32,000 nt of DNA from Wallemia ichthyophaga EXF-994 (taxonomy: Eukaryota; Fungi; Basidiomycota). The position numbers and the translations under genes were made by a program. Positions 12,130 to 23,700 of this stretch are shown here, one piece after another; position 1 is the first letter of the stretch; every line of letters starts with the position of its first letter. The notes below the pieces were generated by a model, which saw nothing but the letters and a program-made list of their open reading frames with translations, did no database searches and had not been told where the DNA came from. The stretch spans positions 120,001-152,000 of the forward strand of contig NW_008806280.1 in NCBI RefSeq assembly GCF_000400465.1, written 5' to 3'.

Positions 12130-12294
12130 GGTCGTCTTATCGATAAAAGCGCTTTTGCTAATCTGGCACTTGCGTCTTTGGCTGAAATCAAGAGGCTGTT
12201 CGAAGCCAAAAGGTTACGTAGGACATTCCAGTTGGAAATTTTTTTAGATTAGATTAAGTACAGGTATATAGGCGGAGGTGTATTATTCATTTGG

Positions 12295-13340
12295 TCACGT
12301 GCTGGAGCTGGCTCTGCCTCCAAATGCAGGATTCGGTTCGTCCTTTGTCTTGGTAAGCGACGCAGGCAGAAAGATAGCTTACGACGCACCTTCCTTATGG
12401 AGATTTTGATTCCCTGAGCGGCAAAGCACTGCAGCATGTGAGAGGAAGCCTGAATGGTATAAATTGATTACCTTTGACAGCGCAGTGCTGGACGTCATCC
12501 CCGGGAACCTGACACATGTAAGTGACGTGAAATTGAGCAATGAAACGCACTTCTTGGGCGAATAGACATGGAATTCGTTTGACATTGTTTGGGCTACGAT
12601 TGTCCTATTTTTATGTCCCACTATCAGCCTGGATTTGTGAGAAGATAAGACAGCGACAATATCCAACTCACGCTGCGATGTCCACAAGGCTAAACTGCAA
12701 CCTGAAGCTGTGTAAAGTCAACTTTGTGATTATATAATGCTCAGTACACAGCACTCACACGCCCTCCACGCGCACCGACAAATCCTAAGTTGAGTTAGAA
12801 ATGCACTAGCAGCTGACATGGACTGCACCTGGAAACAAAAAAAGATGCCGGGGTTGTTGTTGGTGTCCCTGAGCCTCATTCCCTCGGCTGTGAGGCTGCC
12901 GAGGAGATTCCGAATCGGAGTCTCTGAAGAGGTGTTTTGGTGGTGCGTGTTGGCGACTTGAGTGGCTGTGGATGAATTGAATACGTATGCACAAGATCGT
13001 AAGCCTTCAGAATCGAATATCTTGACCTGCACGAGCAAATGTTGTGGCGTGATGTCCCTGTCTGGCGTTAACTCGGAATCAAAGGAGGAGCTACGCACTG
13101 ATCAGGTATCTCAACCTCTGTGCCGCTCTCTAAAGTCTCGAAAGCCCGAACTTGGAGTACAGGCGGCGGATCTATCGGTCTCCTGTCCTTTTCGCCAAAG
13201 CCACACAATCTAGAGCGTATAGGCTGCTGTAAGATGTCTAGTGTGAATCTGATTGCATTGTTAGGCTTTAAATCTACTGGGTGCCCTGCTTACCGCACAG
13301 ATTTGCCTGCGAATTGACCATGACTGAAATTGTGCGTCAT
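12295..13340 (-). CDS. Velvet-domain transcription regulator (VelB/VelC-like), about 229 aa, 9 exons
   Basis: Exons 13340-13294, 13248-13099, 13057-12829, 12784-12759, 12707-12672, 12628-12551, 12508-12472, 12428-12390, 12342-12295; eight GT-AG introns of 41-51 nt, all phases consistent. Product contains QQPIRSRLCGFGEKDRRPIDPPP, RNLLGSL..GIFFCFQDLSVRVEGVFRLQFSL and FHVYSPKKFPGMTSSTALSKCFAAQGIKISIRKD. The start codon is uncertain; an upstream exon is possible. Confidence 0.9.
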
Positions 13341-13367
13341 CGTCGACTTGAAAGCTTTAACAGCCAC

Positions 13368-13379
13368 CGGATAAATGCA
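13368..13379 (+). promoter_or_regulatory. CSRE-like element 1 (carbon source-responsive)
   Basis: CGGATAAATGCA matches the yeast CSRE consensus CGGNYNAAYGGR with one mismatch; it lies about 390 bp upstream of the ICL ATG. Confidence 0.35.
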
Positions 13380-13625
13380 TTTAAAATTATTTGCGTGGGA
13401 GATATTGTTTGCTGTTTGTATCGCCCTCCTCGCTGTCTTTAGATCTGCAGATCTTACTCGGAAGCATATACATTTCCTCAATCTGAAGATGAATAAAATC
13501 TAATTTACATATTTGGGCCATTCTTGTCATCAGAGAAATTCCATTTTATGCCCTGTACATCTTACTTTATCCCTTAACAACTCCCATCGAGGTTGACACA
13601 GCGCACTCCCACACGCTGAGCATTG

Positions 13626-13637
13626 CGGAAGAACGGA
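13626..13637 (+). promoter_or_regulatory. CSRE-like element 2
   Basis: CGGAAGAACGGA matches CGGNYNAAYGGR with one mismatch; it lies about 130 bp upstream of the ICL ATG among further CGG/CCG triplets. Confidence 0.35.
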
Positions 13638-13766
13638 GCACCGAAGATGTGGATTATCGGGAACTATCGCCTATCGAGTCATTAGCCTTCTCGGAACGAT
13701 TAGGAAATGGCATCATCACACATACACAGCTGATCACTCGGCATTTCTCTTTCTCTAACAGCGAAC

Positions 13767-15629
13767 ATGACAGCAAAAGAAGATAATGAATTTAATAAAG
13801 AAGTAAAGGAGTTGGAATCCTTCTTCAGCGTGTGTTATTTCTTTGATATCCCTGATTGGATTCCTAACGTCACACGCAGCTTCCACGCTTCAAAAATACA
13901 GTCAGGCCGTACGCGGCAGCGCAGGTGGTCAGCAAGCGCGGCACAATCACCCACCACTACCCTTCTGATCTTCTCGCAAAGAAGCTGTGGACAATCCTCG
14001 AGCAGAAAGCTAAGAGGGGCGATACGAGCCACACGTACGGTGCACTCGATCCAGTCCAAGTCACTCAAATGGCGAAATACCTCGAAACAGTTTATGTTAG
14101 TGGCTGGCAGTCCTCGTCCACTGCTTCCTCGACCAATGAGCCCGGTCCCGATCTCGCCGATGTGGGTGGCAGCTTTCTTAATACTCCCTCTTTACTAACC
14201 CATATAGTACCCGTACGACACCGTTCCTCGCAAGGTTGAGCACCTCTTCCAAGCGCAGCTCTTCCACGACAGGAAACAGAGACACCAGCGCAGCTTAACC
14301 TCAGCCAGCGAGCGCGGTCCGGCTGTTGACTATCTACGCCCTATAGTTGCAGACGCAGACACTGGCCACGGTGGTCTTTCAGCGACTATGAAATTGGCAA
14401 AGCTTTTTGTTGAGAAGGGTGCAGCTGGTATTCACATCGAAGACCAGGCTCCTGGAACCAAGAAATGTGGCCACATGGCAGGTAAAGTTTTGGTGTCAAT
14501 CCAGGAACAGATAAATCGTCTTATCGCCATCAGATTCCAGTTTGACATTATGGGCGTAACAAACCTCATCGTCTCGCGCACAGACTCTGAAGCTGCGACT
14601 TTGATTACCACCAATGTAGATGATCGTGATCACGCATTTATCCTTGGTGCCACCAATCCAAGTATCGGCTCCCTCGTAGATGTCATGCGTCAGGCCGAGC
14701 TGGCAGGTGCCATTGGTCCTGCTCTCGAGAAAGTCGAGAGTGATTGGGCTGCTCAAGCTGGATTAAAGAAGTACAGCGAGGCGCTTGCTGACGCACTTCG
14801 CCAGAACAACATTAACGAGAGAGTCATTAAAAATTTCTTGAACGAAGCACATTTCGCAAGTCGTCATAAAACCACTCAGCTCGCTCAAAAGGCAGGTCTT
14901 CCAACTACGGTTAGCGTCTTCTGGGATTGGGATGCTCCGCGTACACGTGAAGGCTACTACCGCTACCAGGGCGGCACACAGTGTGCGGTGAACAGAGCCA
15001 TAGCGTTTGCACCTTACTGCGATTTAATATGGATGGAGGTGAGTTAATTGGTTAGCAAAGAAGCCTTGCTAACGCTATACTCTAGACGAAAGACCCTAAG
15101 CTCGCACGGGCAAAAGAGTTCGCATCTGGCGTTAAAGCCGCTTATCCAGATCAATGGCTGGCTTATAACCTCTCTCCATCGTTCAATTGGGATGCCGCTG
15201 GTCTGAGCCCACGTGAAATGCAGGCCTTTGTTTGGGAGTTGGGTAAATTAGGTTACGTTTGGCAGTTTATCACTCTCGGCGGTCTTCATTCAAATGCTTA
15301 CATTTCAGACAACTTTGCAAAGCACTTTGCTACAGAGGGTATGAAAGCCTATGTAGAACAGATCCAAAGAAAGGAGCGTGAAATAGGGTGTGACGTTCTT
15401 ACTCACCAGAAGTGGTCAGGTGCTGAATATGTGAGTTTTGTTTCACGCAATGAGGTGTCCTTACAATTTCAACTCAGATCGACGACCTTCTCTCGACTAT
15501 TCAGGGTGGTGTTTCATCAACTGCTAGTATGGGCAAGGGTAACACTGAAGCACAGTGAGTAGTGTTAATCCTCACTTGTCAGCGAAGCAGCTAATATGAC
15601 GCAGATTCGCATTACCAGCTAAATTGTAG
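13767..15629 (+). CDS. ICL1: Isocitrate lyase (glyoxylate cycle), about 540 aa, C-terminal PTS1 AKL
   Basis: Exons 13767-13829, 13880-14161, 14208-15038, 15086-15430, 15478-15554, 15605-15629. Signature [10 protein letters not shown] plus [32 protein letters not shown] and HQKWSGA. Ends FALPAKL*. Confidence 0.96.
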
Positions 15630-15738
15630 CTGCTGACCAAGGGCTGACTGTAACGAAATGACTTATTCCTATTCTTTCATTATATATCTTTGTAAAAAAA
15701 AGTACATGATTCTTAGTTTGTCAGAGGAAATGTAGTTG

Positions 15739-16830
15739 TCATTGTGGCAAATAACCTGCAAGCTCAGTCTGCAACCACTCCTCAAGATCTTTGTTTAGAG
15801 ATGGATCGGAAGTACGCTTATCAGCTATACCATGGCGTGCCCAAGGAATACCATACTGAATGAATCGTTAGGGAGTAAATCTTTTTAAAGCAGCTCAAAG
15901 CTTACTAAACCTTCTGTGTCTTTTTCCACAGTGCCAAGATACAGCTGAGTGAGCGAGCCTAGGCTGCTTGGATAGAGTATAAAGCTAGAGAAGAAGGCCT
16001 TCCAACCAGGTATACGCGTGTGTCTCCATAGCTCTGTTTGCAGTATACCGGGATGACAGCTGCTATGACTGACATTTACTTGCTGCTTGTTTAAGATATT
16101 GCTTATGACGGTATTACCAATTTTAGAATAACCGTACAAATCCCAAGTATTGATATTTGTGCTCCGTCTCAGATGGCCATCCTTAAGCAGATGGAAATCG
16201 ATACCTGTTTCATGTATGAAAAATGATTGCATAGCCGAAGAAGTGTGCACGACGCGCGCTTTTTCATTACGATAGTTGTTCTTGCTATAGTTGTCTAACG
16301 CAGGGTGGAGAAGAGTAGCGAGGAGATAGTGGGACATGACGTTAGTCTGAAACTGAATATCATAGCCTTGTTTGCTGAGCAGCTCGACTGGGGCAGCCAT
16401 GATTCCAGCATTGCAGAACAAAGCAGCTAGTTGAGTTTCTTTGTGCAAAAATTCGTGAGCTGCATTATTAACGGAATCGAAATCCGAAAGGTCAACAAGA
16501 AAGGGTTGGGCTGTCTTGCCAGTTTCATTGCGCAATTCATCAATCACGCTTTCGATCTTGGATTTATTCCTGCCACCGATGTAAACGTCGGCGTTATGGT
16601 GGAGTAGCGCGCGTGCAGTATCCTTGCCTATACCTGAAGAAGCGCCTGTTACTGTATATTGTAAAATTAGTAGTACTCATGGTTTAATACGCGCTAGACT
16701 GACCGATGATAGTCTTGTCGGTGAGATCGGGGATATCAGCATCTGTCCAAGTGGGCGATGGCGGGAATGTTTGTGTGTATAGATTGAATAAACCGCGTGG
16801 TAGCGTCGATGAGAGTATCCAGTCAAGCAT
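15739..16830 (-). CDS. Short-chain dehydrogenase/reductase (retinol dehydrogenase/WWOX-like classical SDR), about 329 aa
   Basis: Exons 16830-16704, 16651-15906, 15855-15739. DIPDLTDKTIIVTGASSGIG (TGxxxGxG), CNAGIM, catalytic YGYSK (YxxxK), HPGILQTEL and the YGIPWAR tail typical of fungal members. Confidence 0.9.
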
Positions 16831-16999
16831 CCTGCCAATTGCGTCTGATGATCGTTGGTAAGGACAAATAGAGAATCTATTAAAGCGTGAGCGTGTGAAT
16901 TACTCATATATCACTGATATTTATACACATCTCAATAAAAATTTACACTTCACGGAAATCTGAAGTCAAGAAGACAGATCTCATCAAGATACGCTCAAC

Positions 17000-19900
17000 A
17001 TGTCCACATTAGAGTTATACTGGCCTCTAGCGTCTAATAAAACATCAGAGCGACTTCAAGCCAGCTCAGACCTGATAAATTTATTGAACAAATTCCAACA
17101 AGATTTTAAGCCTGCAGATGAAGATAGGGATGGCGAGGAGAGCGATCACAGCGAGCCCAGCGATCAAGAAGAAGACACTGTTGATAAAAACCAGAAATCT
17201 GTTATCAAACGTATTGAAAAGTGGATTGAGAAGCATCACGCTCCAGATGTTTCATATGCAATCAAACGATTGATTAGAGGTTTGGCTTCACCAAGGGAAT
17301 CATCTAGATTGGGATTCGCTGTGACACTTACGCAGGTGAGAATTCTTTCATTTCCCCGAATAATCCTATTCACCCTCCTCAGCTTCTCTCAAATCTGCCT
17401 TTGCTCACCGTCGCGCATGTACTTCCGTTGATTAAGCACCACACTACCCCAGTTGGAAACGTTAAAGGCTCAGAAGAGAGAGACCTCATCTTTGGTAGAT
17501 TGTTTGGTATACAGGCAATCATCGAATCTGGTTTGATTAGCAGATCGACAACGACGCCGGATGATTTCAAGGAAACGATTAGAAATGTGACAGACCTTGG
17601 TAAGAATAAGGTCTGGTTGAAGGAGGCTACAGGATGGACTACCCTTAATGGCTTAAAAGAAGTCACCGAGAAGAATGTCAGCTGGTTGAACCAAGCAATC
17701 ACCAATTCACTCGATATTCTTTTTACTGGTGACGAGAAAGAAATTTGGGGTCCTGAGAAAGTTGGTATTCTTCTCTGGTTACAGTCAACGCATAGCGTAA
17801 GTTTGTCTGTTTCATTTGTTTCATGTTAACATGAGTCTAGGATATCGATTATTCTGAATACGTACAACCTATCTTCAAAAACCCTTTGCCTCTTGCTCCT
17901 CAAAATCTATCTGTTCTCGCTCGTATTCTTAGAGAAACTTCTATCGATGCAGAGAAGGCTACTTCCGGTTCAGGCGTATGGAAACCACAATTACACTGGG
18001 TCTGGCCTCAAATTCTCGACATATACTTCACTAGTGATAACCAAGCTTTCAAACCGCGCGCTTCATTCCAAGACTTCTATAGAATATGCATTGACGAATC
18101 ATTATTCCAAACCAACGCATCACCTCAGCGCAAATACTGGGGCTTTTCAGTCTTCGCTTTGGCCTTGCCACGCCTCACCAATGAGGACCTTGGTGCATTA
18201 TTCACTCCCAACTTCATGCGTACATGGATCAACAACCTTCGCGGTGAAGACAGAGTGTTGCACAAGGCTGCACTGAGAATAGCACAAGATCTGCAACCAC
18301 TCATCGCTCAGAATCCAAAGCTGGGATTACCTCTGATCTTGCAGCTCCTTGGCAAGCATGGCAGTGCAAACTTTGACAAATTGACGGGAACCAAGACTGT
18401 AGCCAACATTTTGTCATCCATGACTACTGACGGTGTCAGTGAGTATGTTGGATACTTGCGCTCATTTATTCAAGGCGAAACGAGCGATGTTAAGCAGCGC
18501 AAATGGGCTTTAGATCAATTACTTTCCCTTATTCGAAACTCTCAAATACCGCATGACGACGAGTGGGTTTGGAGTGCATTGGAGTGCTTCGTACTCAATG
18601 GTATCTTTGTTCCTCGCAAGCCGTCATCTAAATCAAAGCATGACGTACTCAAAAACCCACCACAACCTCCACTTTCAGACACGGATAGAGCTGCTGCTCG
18701 TTCACACCTTTTATCATCTCTTGCAGAACTCTCAAAAACACCAGACAGCAAGAAGCAACTGGGTGTAGACAAGAATGGTGATTTATGGGTGAAAAGAGTA
18801 TATGACTTTATTCAAAGTATTGAAAGCGAAAAGAACGTCATTACTGCTGTTCAATATGAGGAGGAAGTTTTAATAGCACGTAAAACCGCACTTGACAGTT
18901 TCAGCAATGTTAACAAGAAAGGCAAAGCACCTGAAACTCGTCACCACGCCTTTAGTCTATTGTTACTCAGTGTAGTACTCCAATCATACGATAACATGGA
19001 AGGTATATCGGATGTCCTTGACGAGTTGGCCAGTGCATCTTCCATGCTCTTCACCGTCAAGTCACCAAAGAAGAACAATAGTAAGCAACAAGAAAATGAA
19101 GATGGCGAGGAACCATCAGCAATGGCTGTTCTTGTCGATGTGCTTGTCTCTTTGCTTGAACGCTCATCATCATTTTTGCGCACAATGGCTATCAACGCAT
19201 TCACTGCATTCACACCAGAAGTCGACGAAGAGGCTTTGGATATGATTATCGCTCAGCTCTCCTCACAACCTGATGGTGAAGGTGAAGGTGAAGACGGTGA
19301 AGAGGAGAATGAAGAGATGGGAGACGATGAAAAAGGGGAGGAAGGGGAAGAAAGTGACTCTGAAAACGCTAAAGATGCTCAAGATGAAGTGGCTTCGGAT
19401 GTGAGTGACGACGATAAAGAGGACGACATCAACGAAGCTGTTGATCCAGAATTCGAACGCAAGTTGGCCAAAGCACTAGGTCAGCCAGTGTCAGACGATG
19501 AGGATGAAGAGATGGTTGATGAAGATGAAGATGGTGACGCTGTTGACAATGTTGACAACATGACGGATGAGCAGATGATGATGTTGGATGAGCAGCTGGC
19601 TGAGATATTTAAATCTAGAGTCGGCGATAAGAAGGCGAAGGAAGGGGCACAACGTGAAGCTCAACATACCAAGAACAGGCTCATAGATTTATTGGATGTT
19701 TACGCCAAGAAGCAGTCTTCAAATGCGTTGGTATTGAAGTTGATTATTCCGCTGGTAGAGATAATTGTCAATTCTGGTGCAACTGAGCAGCAGTTATCGT
19801 CCAAGTCCTCGGCTATTCTGAGACAACGTCTCACTAAATCGAAGGATATTCCAACAACAAACATCAACGAAGATGACTTGCTGGTCATATTCGAAGAAAT

Positions 19901-20688
19901 GCACAACGTCGCAAAGAAGTCAAGGACGAATGAGATTCTATCACTATGCAACCAATTGTCGCTGTACTTGTTCAGGATCATCACTTTCAATTATAGTGGC
20001 GCAGTTGCTGAATCGAAAGCCAAAGAAGTTTACATCTCAAGCTGGCAAGATTTCAGTAATAGAAAACACACAAAATTGAATCCAAGCGTGTTCACTGATT
20101 ATATACGCCGCTATCCAACCCAGTCGCTTAGTCTGCTTGATGAACTAGTTCAGACTGTCGTCGATGGCAAAGCTACAAATGCATATAGACAAATCCAAGC
20201 GTTGACGATGCTTCAAACCCTCTTTGGTCAACATAAGCAGTTGGTAAGTATTTTAATCAACGCTACTACTTTACTAACAGCTTCTTAAGATGGATGCTGG
20301 TAAGAAAGACGACATACTCGCATCAATTCCAAAGATCAGACAGGGCATATACTCATTCATCGCCACATCTTGCGAGTCAAAGGATAAGACAAACGCAAGC
20401 AAGCTGAAGGATGTCCTCAAGTCTGCACTGGCTTTGGTAAGGGTACACAAGAAGATAACGGATGAAAAAATAGAAGACGAATGGGATTTGACGACATTGC
20501 AGTCAATCGTCACCACCTTGGGCTCAATTGATAAGTTCAAGGGCGTGCAATCTCTAGCACAGCAACTGAGTGCTTTGATAACTCAATCAACATCCACCTC
20601 CAAAACTTCATCCAAGAAACGTAAGTCAAGCGGTAATGGCACGACTGAGCCGGAGCAGTCTGTCAAGAAGAACAAACAGAAACAGTAA
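17000..20688 (+). CDS. POL5: Pol5 / DNA polymerase phi / MYBBP1A-like nucleolar ribosome biogenesis factor, about 1186 aa
   Basis: Exons 17000-17335, 17383-17796, 17841-20243, 20281-20688 in frame. Family segments YAIKRLIRGLASPRESSRLGFAVTL, LVDVLVSLLERSS, MTDEQMMMLDEQLAEIFK and KNRLIDLLDVY; acidic insert and basic tail. Confidence 0.92.
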
Positions 20689-20794
20689 AAGTTTCATAAT
20701 AGAGAACCTGTTGGTATAAAGATATAAAATTATTAAAGTCGTAAAAAAATGTACAACTAATATTCATTATTTATCCGAGTGTCGCAATGCTGCA

Positions 20795-23700
20795 TCAGGT
20801 GAATGGATTAGGATGTACTCGTTCCTTGGCGAGTTGGTCGAGTTGTCGTCTATACTCCCTGTCCTCTTCCTCTTGTCGTTGCTGAGCGAATATTAGTAAA
20901 CTATAATGGTATTCAAGACGACACTAACCAATCGTTCAGCAGCTTGTTGTTCTCTGTGTTGCTCACGCAGCCTTTCGCGCTCGTCTATATAAGTAAGAAA
21001 CCCAGTCTTAGATCTTGACTCAGTCGTGAGATGTATGTCAGTTGGTTGAGTTTCCGTGTATTGCTCTCTTGCCGCTTTCTTCCGTCTCTCAAACTGCTCT
21101 TTAGACTCTGCGTGCAACTCCTTAAAGTTTGGCATCTCAGTACTGCGAAACTCTTTCTGATCCTTCTCGAACTGTCGCCATTGTTTGACTCTACTTTGAA
21201 ATCGTTCAGAATGTAACTGATGCCTATGATCTGAGTGAAGACCAATTGTGTTTTGCTCAATGTTAGTTATAAGATTGGGCGTCATAGATCGTCTCTTTTT
21301 CTCCCGCTGCTCTTCTAGTCGTCTTATAGACTCTAGACGATGTGTCTTGTTGGGTGATGGGAAGACGTGATTGCGTTTGCGACGCTTGCTGGGTGAGAGA
21401 AGAGATGCAGATGTAGATGGAGCAGCACGTTTTAACGTCGAAGCATATTCTTGTTGCCGCTCTCGCGCAGTCTTGCCATCTACTTTGAGAGGACTGTTAC
21501 TTGACATAGTGGGTATAATACGCCGAGAGCGTGTATTCCTGTTAATGAACGGCGAAGACTGATGTGATTTCTGAGCGACTGTTAGTGTGATGTGTAGTGT
21601 AGAGTATTGCTTACTTTGATTGGTGATTTAGTCTTACGTGCACGTGGACCACCTGTAGCGAAATTGAATGCAACTGGTACAGTTGTCTTGTTTTGGCTTC
21701 TTTGAGCGTCTCGTTGGCGTCTGGCGAAGAGATCGTCTTTGTTGGTAGGAGATGGTGGCCGAGGCGCATCTGTAGCCTTTCGCTTCCCTTTGTTGGAAGA
21801 TATGGATTTTGTGTCATTTGGTGCGGATCGTGAATTATTCTTGCTTTTAGTAGCTTGACGTGATTCTCTGTCTATGCGTGTCGCTCTCCGATTCCCGTTA
21901 CTGGAACTAGCGCCATTCTCCTCCGCCTCGTCGATAAGTATACCAAGCTGGGCCATGACTTCTTCGCGCTCTATATGCTCCTTAGAAAGTCTATACTCCT
22001 CTTCACGAGTAGATTTCTCCAACTCTTCCGCTCTCTCACGCGCGAGCTCAACGCCTCTCGCCTTTTGCTTTGCTACCTTAGCCTCGCGTTTTTTGCCAGC
22101 ATCGCCGCGCTCGTGCGTTTGCTGCTGCTGTTGATTTCTCCGGAGCTGCTCACGTCGATTCTTTTGTTCTTCCTCGACAGTCACTGCTTCCCTCTGTGAG
22201 CGATTTTCTTCACGTTTCTTCACCAGCTCTTCGCGCTCCAATTTAGTTTTCTCTTCCTGCCTCTTCCTCCTCTCCTGCTCGCGTGTGGCACGCTCTTTGG
22301 AAAGCCTAGCAGCCTCTTCTTCACGCTTTTTGGAGAGCACAGCCTCCTCTCTTTCTTTGCGCTCCTGCCTTTGTCTTATGCCGTGTTGCTTAGCTGCGCG
22401 TATAGCCTCTTCTTGGCGATGCTTGGCGGCCTTTGTAGCCTGTTCGCGCTCATTTGCAAGTCTAGCAAAATGCCGTTCTTTTTCTAACCGTGCTTCTTCC
22501 TCTGCCTTCTGTTTGGTGATTCTGGCTTCTTTGTCGGCTTTCTCTTTAGCCAATATGGCGAGATGGCGATCTTTTTCGTCGCGTGCCTTTTTATCTGCTA
22601 TTTCTGTAGCGATTCGAGCCTCTTCATCGGATTTTTCTTTCGCTAGTCTTGCAAGATGACGTTCTCTCTCAATGCGTGCTTCCTCTTCTGCTTTTTGTTC
22701 GGCAATTTGTGCAAGTCTGGCCTGTTCGTCTCTTTCTTTCTCTAGTCTGGCGAGATGACGTTCTCTTTCAATGCGTGCTTCTTCTTCGGCTCTTTCTTGG
22801 GCGATTTGCGCTAGCCTAACTTGTTCATCTCTTTCTTTCGCTAGCCTCGCAAGATGAAGTTCTCTTTCAACGCGTGCATCTTCGTCAGCTTTCTCTTTCG
22901 CTAGTCTCGCAAGATGACGTTCTCTCTCAATGCGTGATTCCTCTTCTGCCTTTTGTTTGGCGATTTGCGCTAGTCTGGCTTCTTCGTCAACCTTTTCTTT
23001 CGCCAATCTGGCGAGATGTCGTTCTTTCTCAAGGTATGCTTCTTTCTCTGCAATTTCTTTAGCGATTCTTGCCTCAAGTTGCTCTTTTTCCTTTCTTTCT
23101 TGATCACGCTGTTTTTTTTCCCTAGCCTCTATCTCACGTTCTTCTTTCTCCTTAGCTTCAGTTTCTCTCTTACGTCTGGTGTCCTCTTTCTTGCGTTCCT
23201 CATTTGCGACTTTCTCAGCTTCGACTTTAGCAGCTTCGACTTTAGCAGCGTGTTCCAATTTAGCTGATCTAGCTTGACGAATTTCTTCTCTCTTTTTAGC
23301 CGCCTCTTCGCGTTTTCTAGCAGCTTCGCGCTGATTAGCGATTCGCTCAGCATCCAAGCGTTGAGCAAGTTCTTTATCTGCCAACTCTTTCTCAGCTTTA
23401 GCATCAGCTTCGATTCTCTCACGATCGATACGTTCAGTTTCGCGACGTTGAGCAGCTTCGACGCGTCTACGCGCTGCGTTATCTCTCTCCTCCTTCTCCT
23501 GTCTTTTACGTTCATTTTCTATACGCTCAGCCTCAGCTCTAGCTGCCATTTCTCGTGCTAGACGTGCCTCTTCACGTCGTCTGTTCGATTCAGCACGCTC
23601 AAGACGGAATTTCTCCTGCTCGGCGCGTGCCGCGTGAGCCTTTTCAGTGGCTATTCGTTGTAGACGGGCTTGTTCAGCAGATGCGTTTGCTTCTTGTTCT

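Noticed and set aside
12130-13766. Expected head-to-head class VII chitin synthase partner
   Set aside because: No chitin synthase sequence is present; the interval is occupied by the velvet gene.
13767-15629. Possible methylisocitrate lyase rather than ICL
   Set aside because: KKCGHM and QFITLGGLH are ICL-type (fungal methyl-ICLs have KKCGHL and LISL), there is no mitochondrial leader, and a PTS1 is present.
21508-21614. Apparent frameshift or two separate genes between ORFs 21582..24137 and 20893..21507
   Set aside because: The first AG after the branch point gives a frameshift, but the next AG (21571-21572) restores the frame with an ordinary 44-nt intron.
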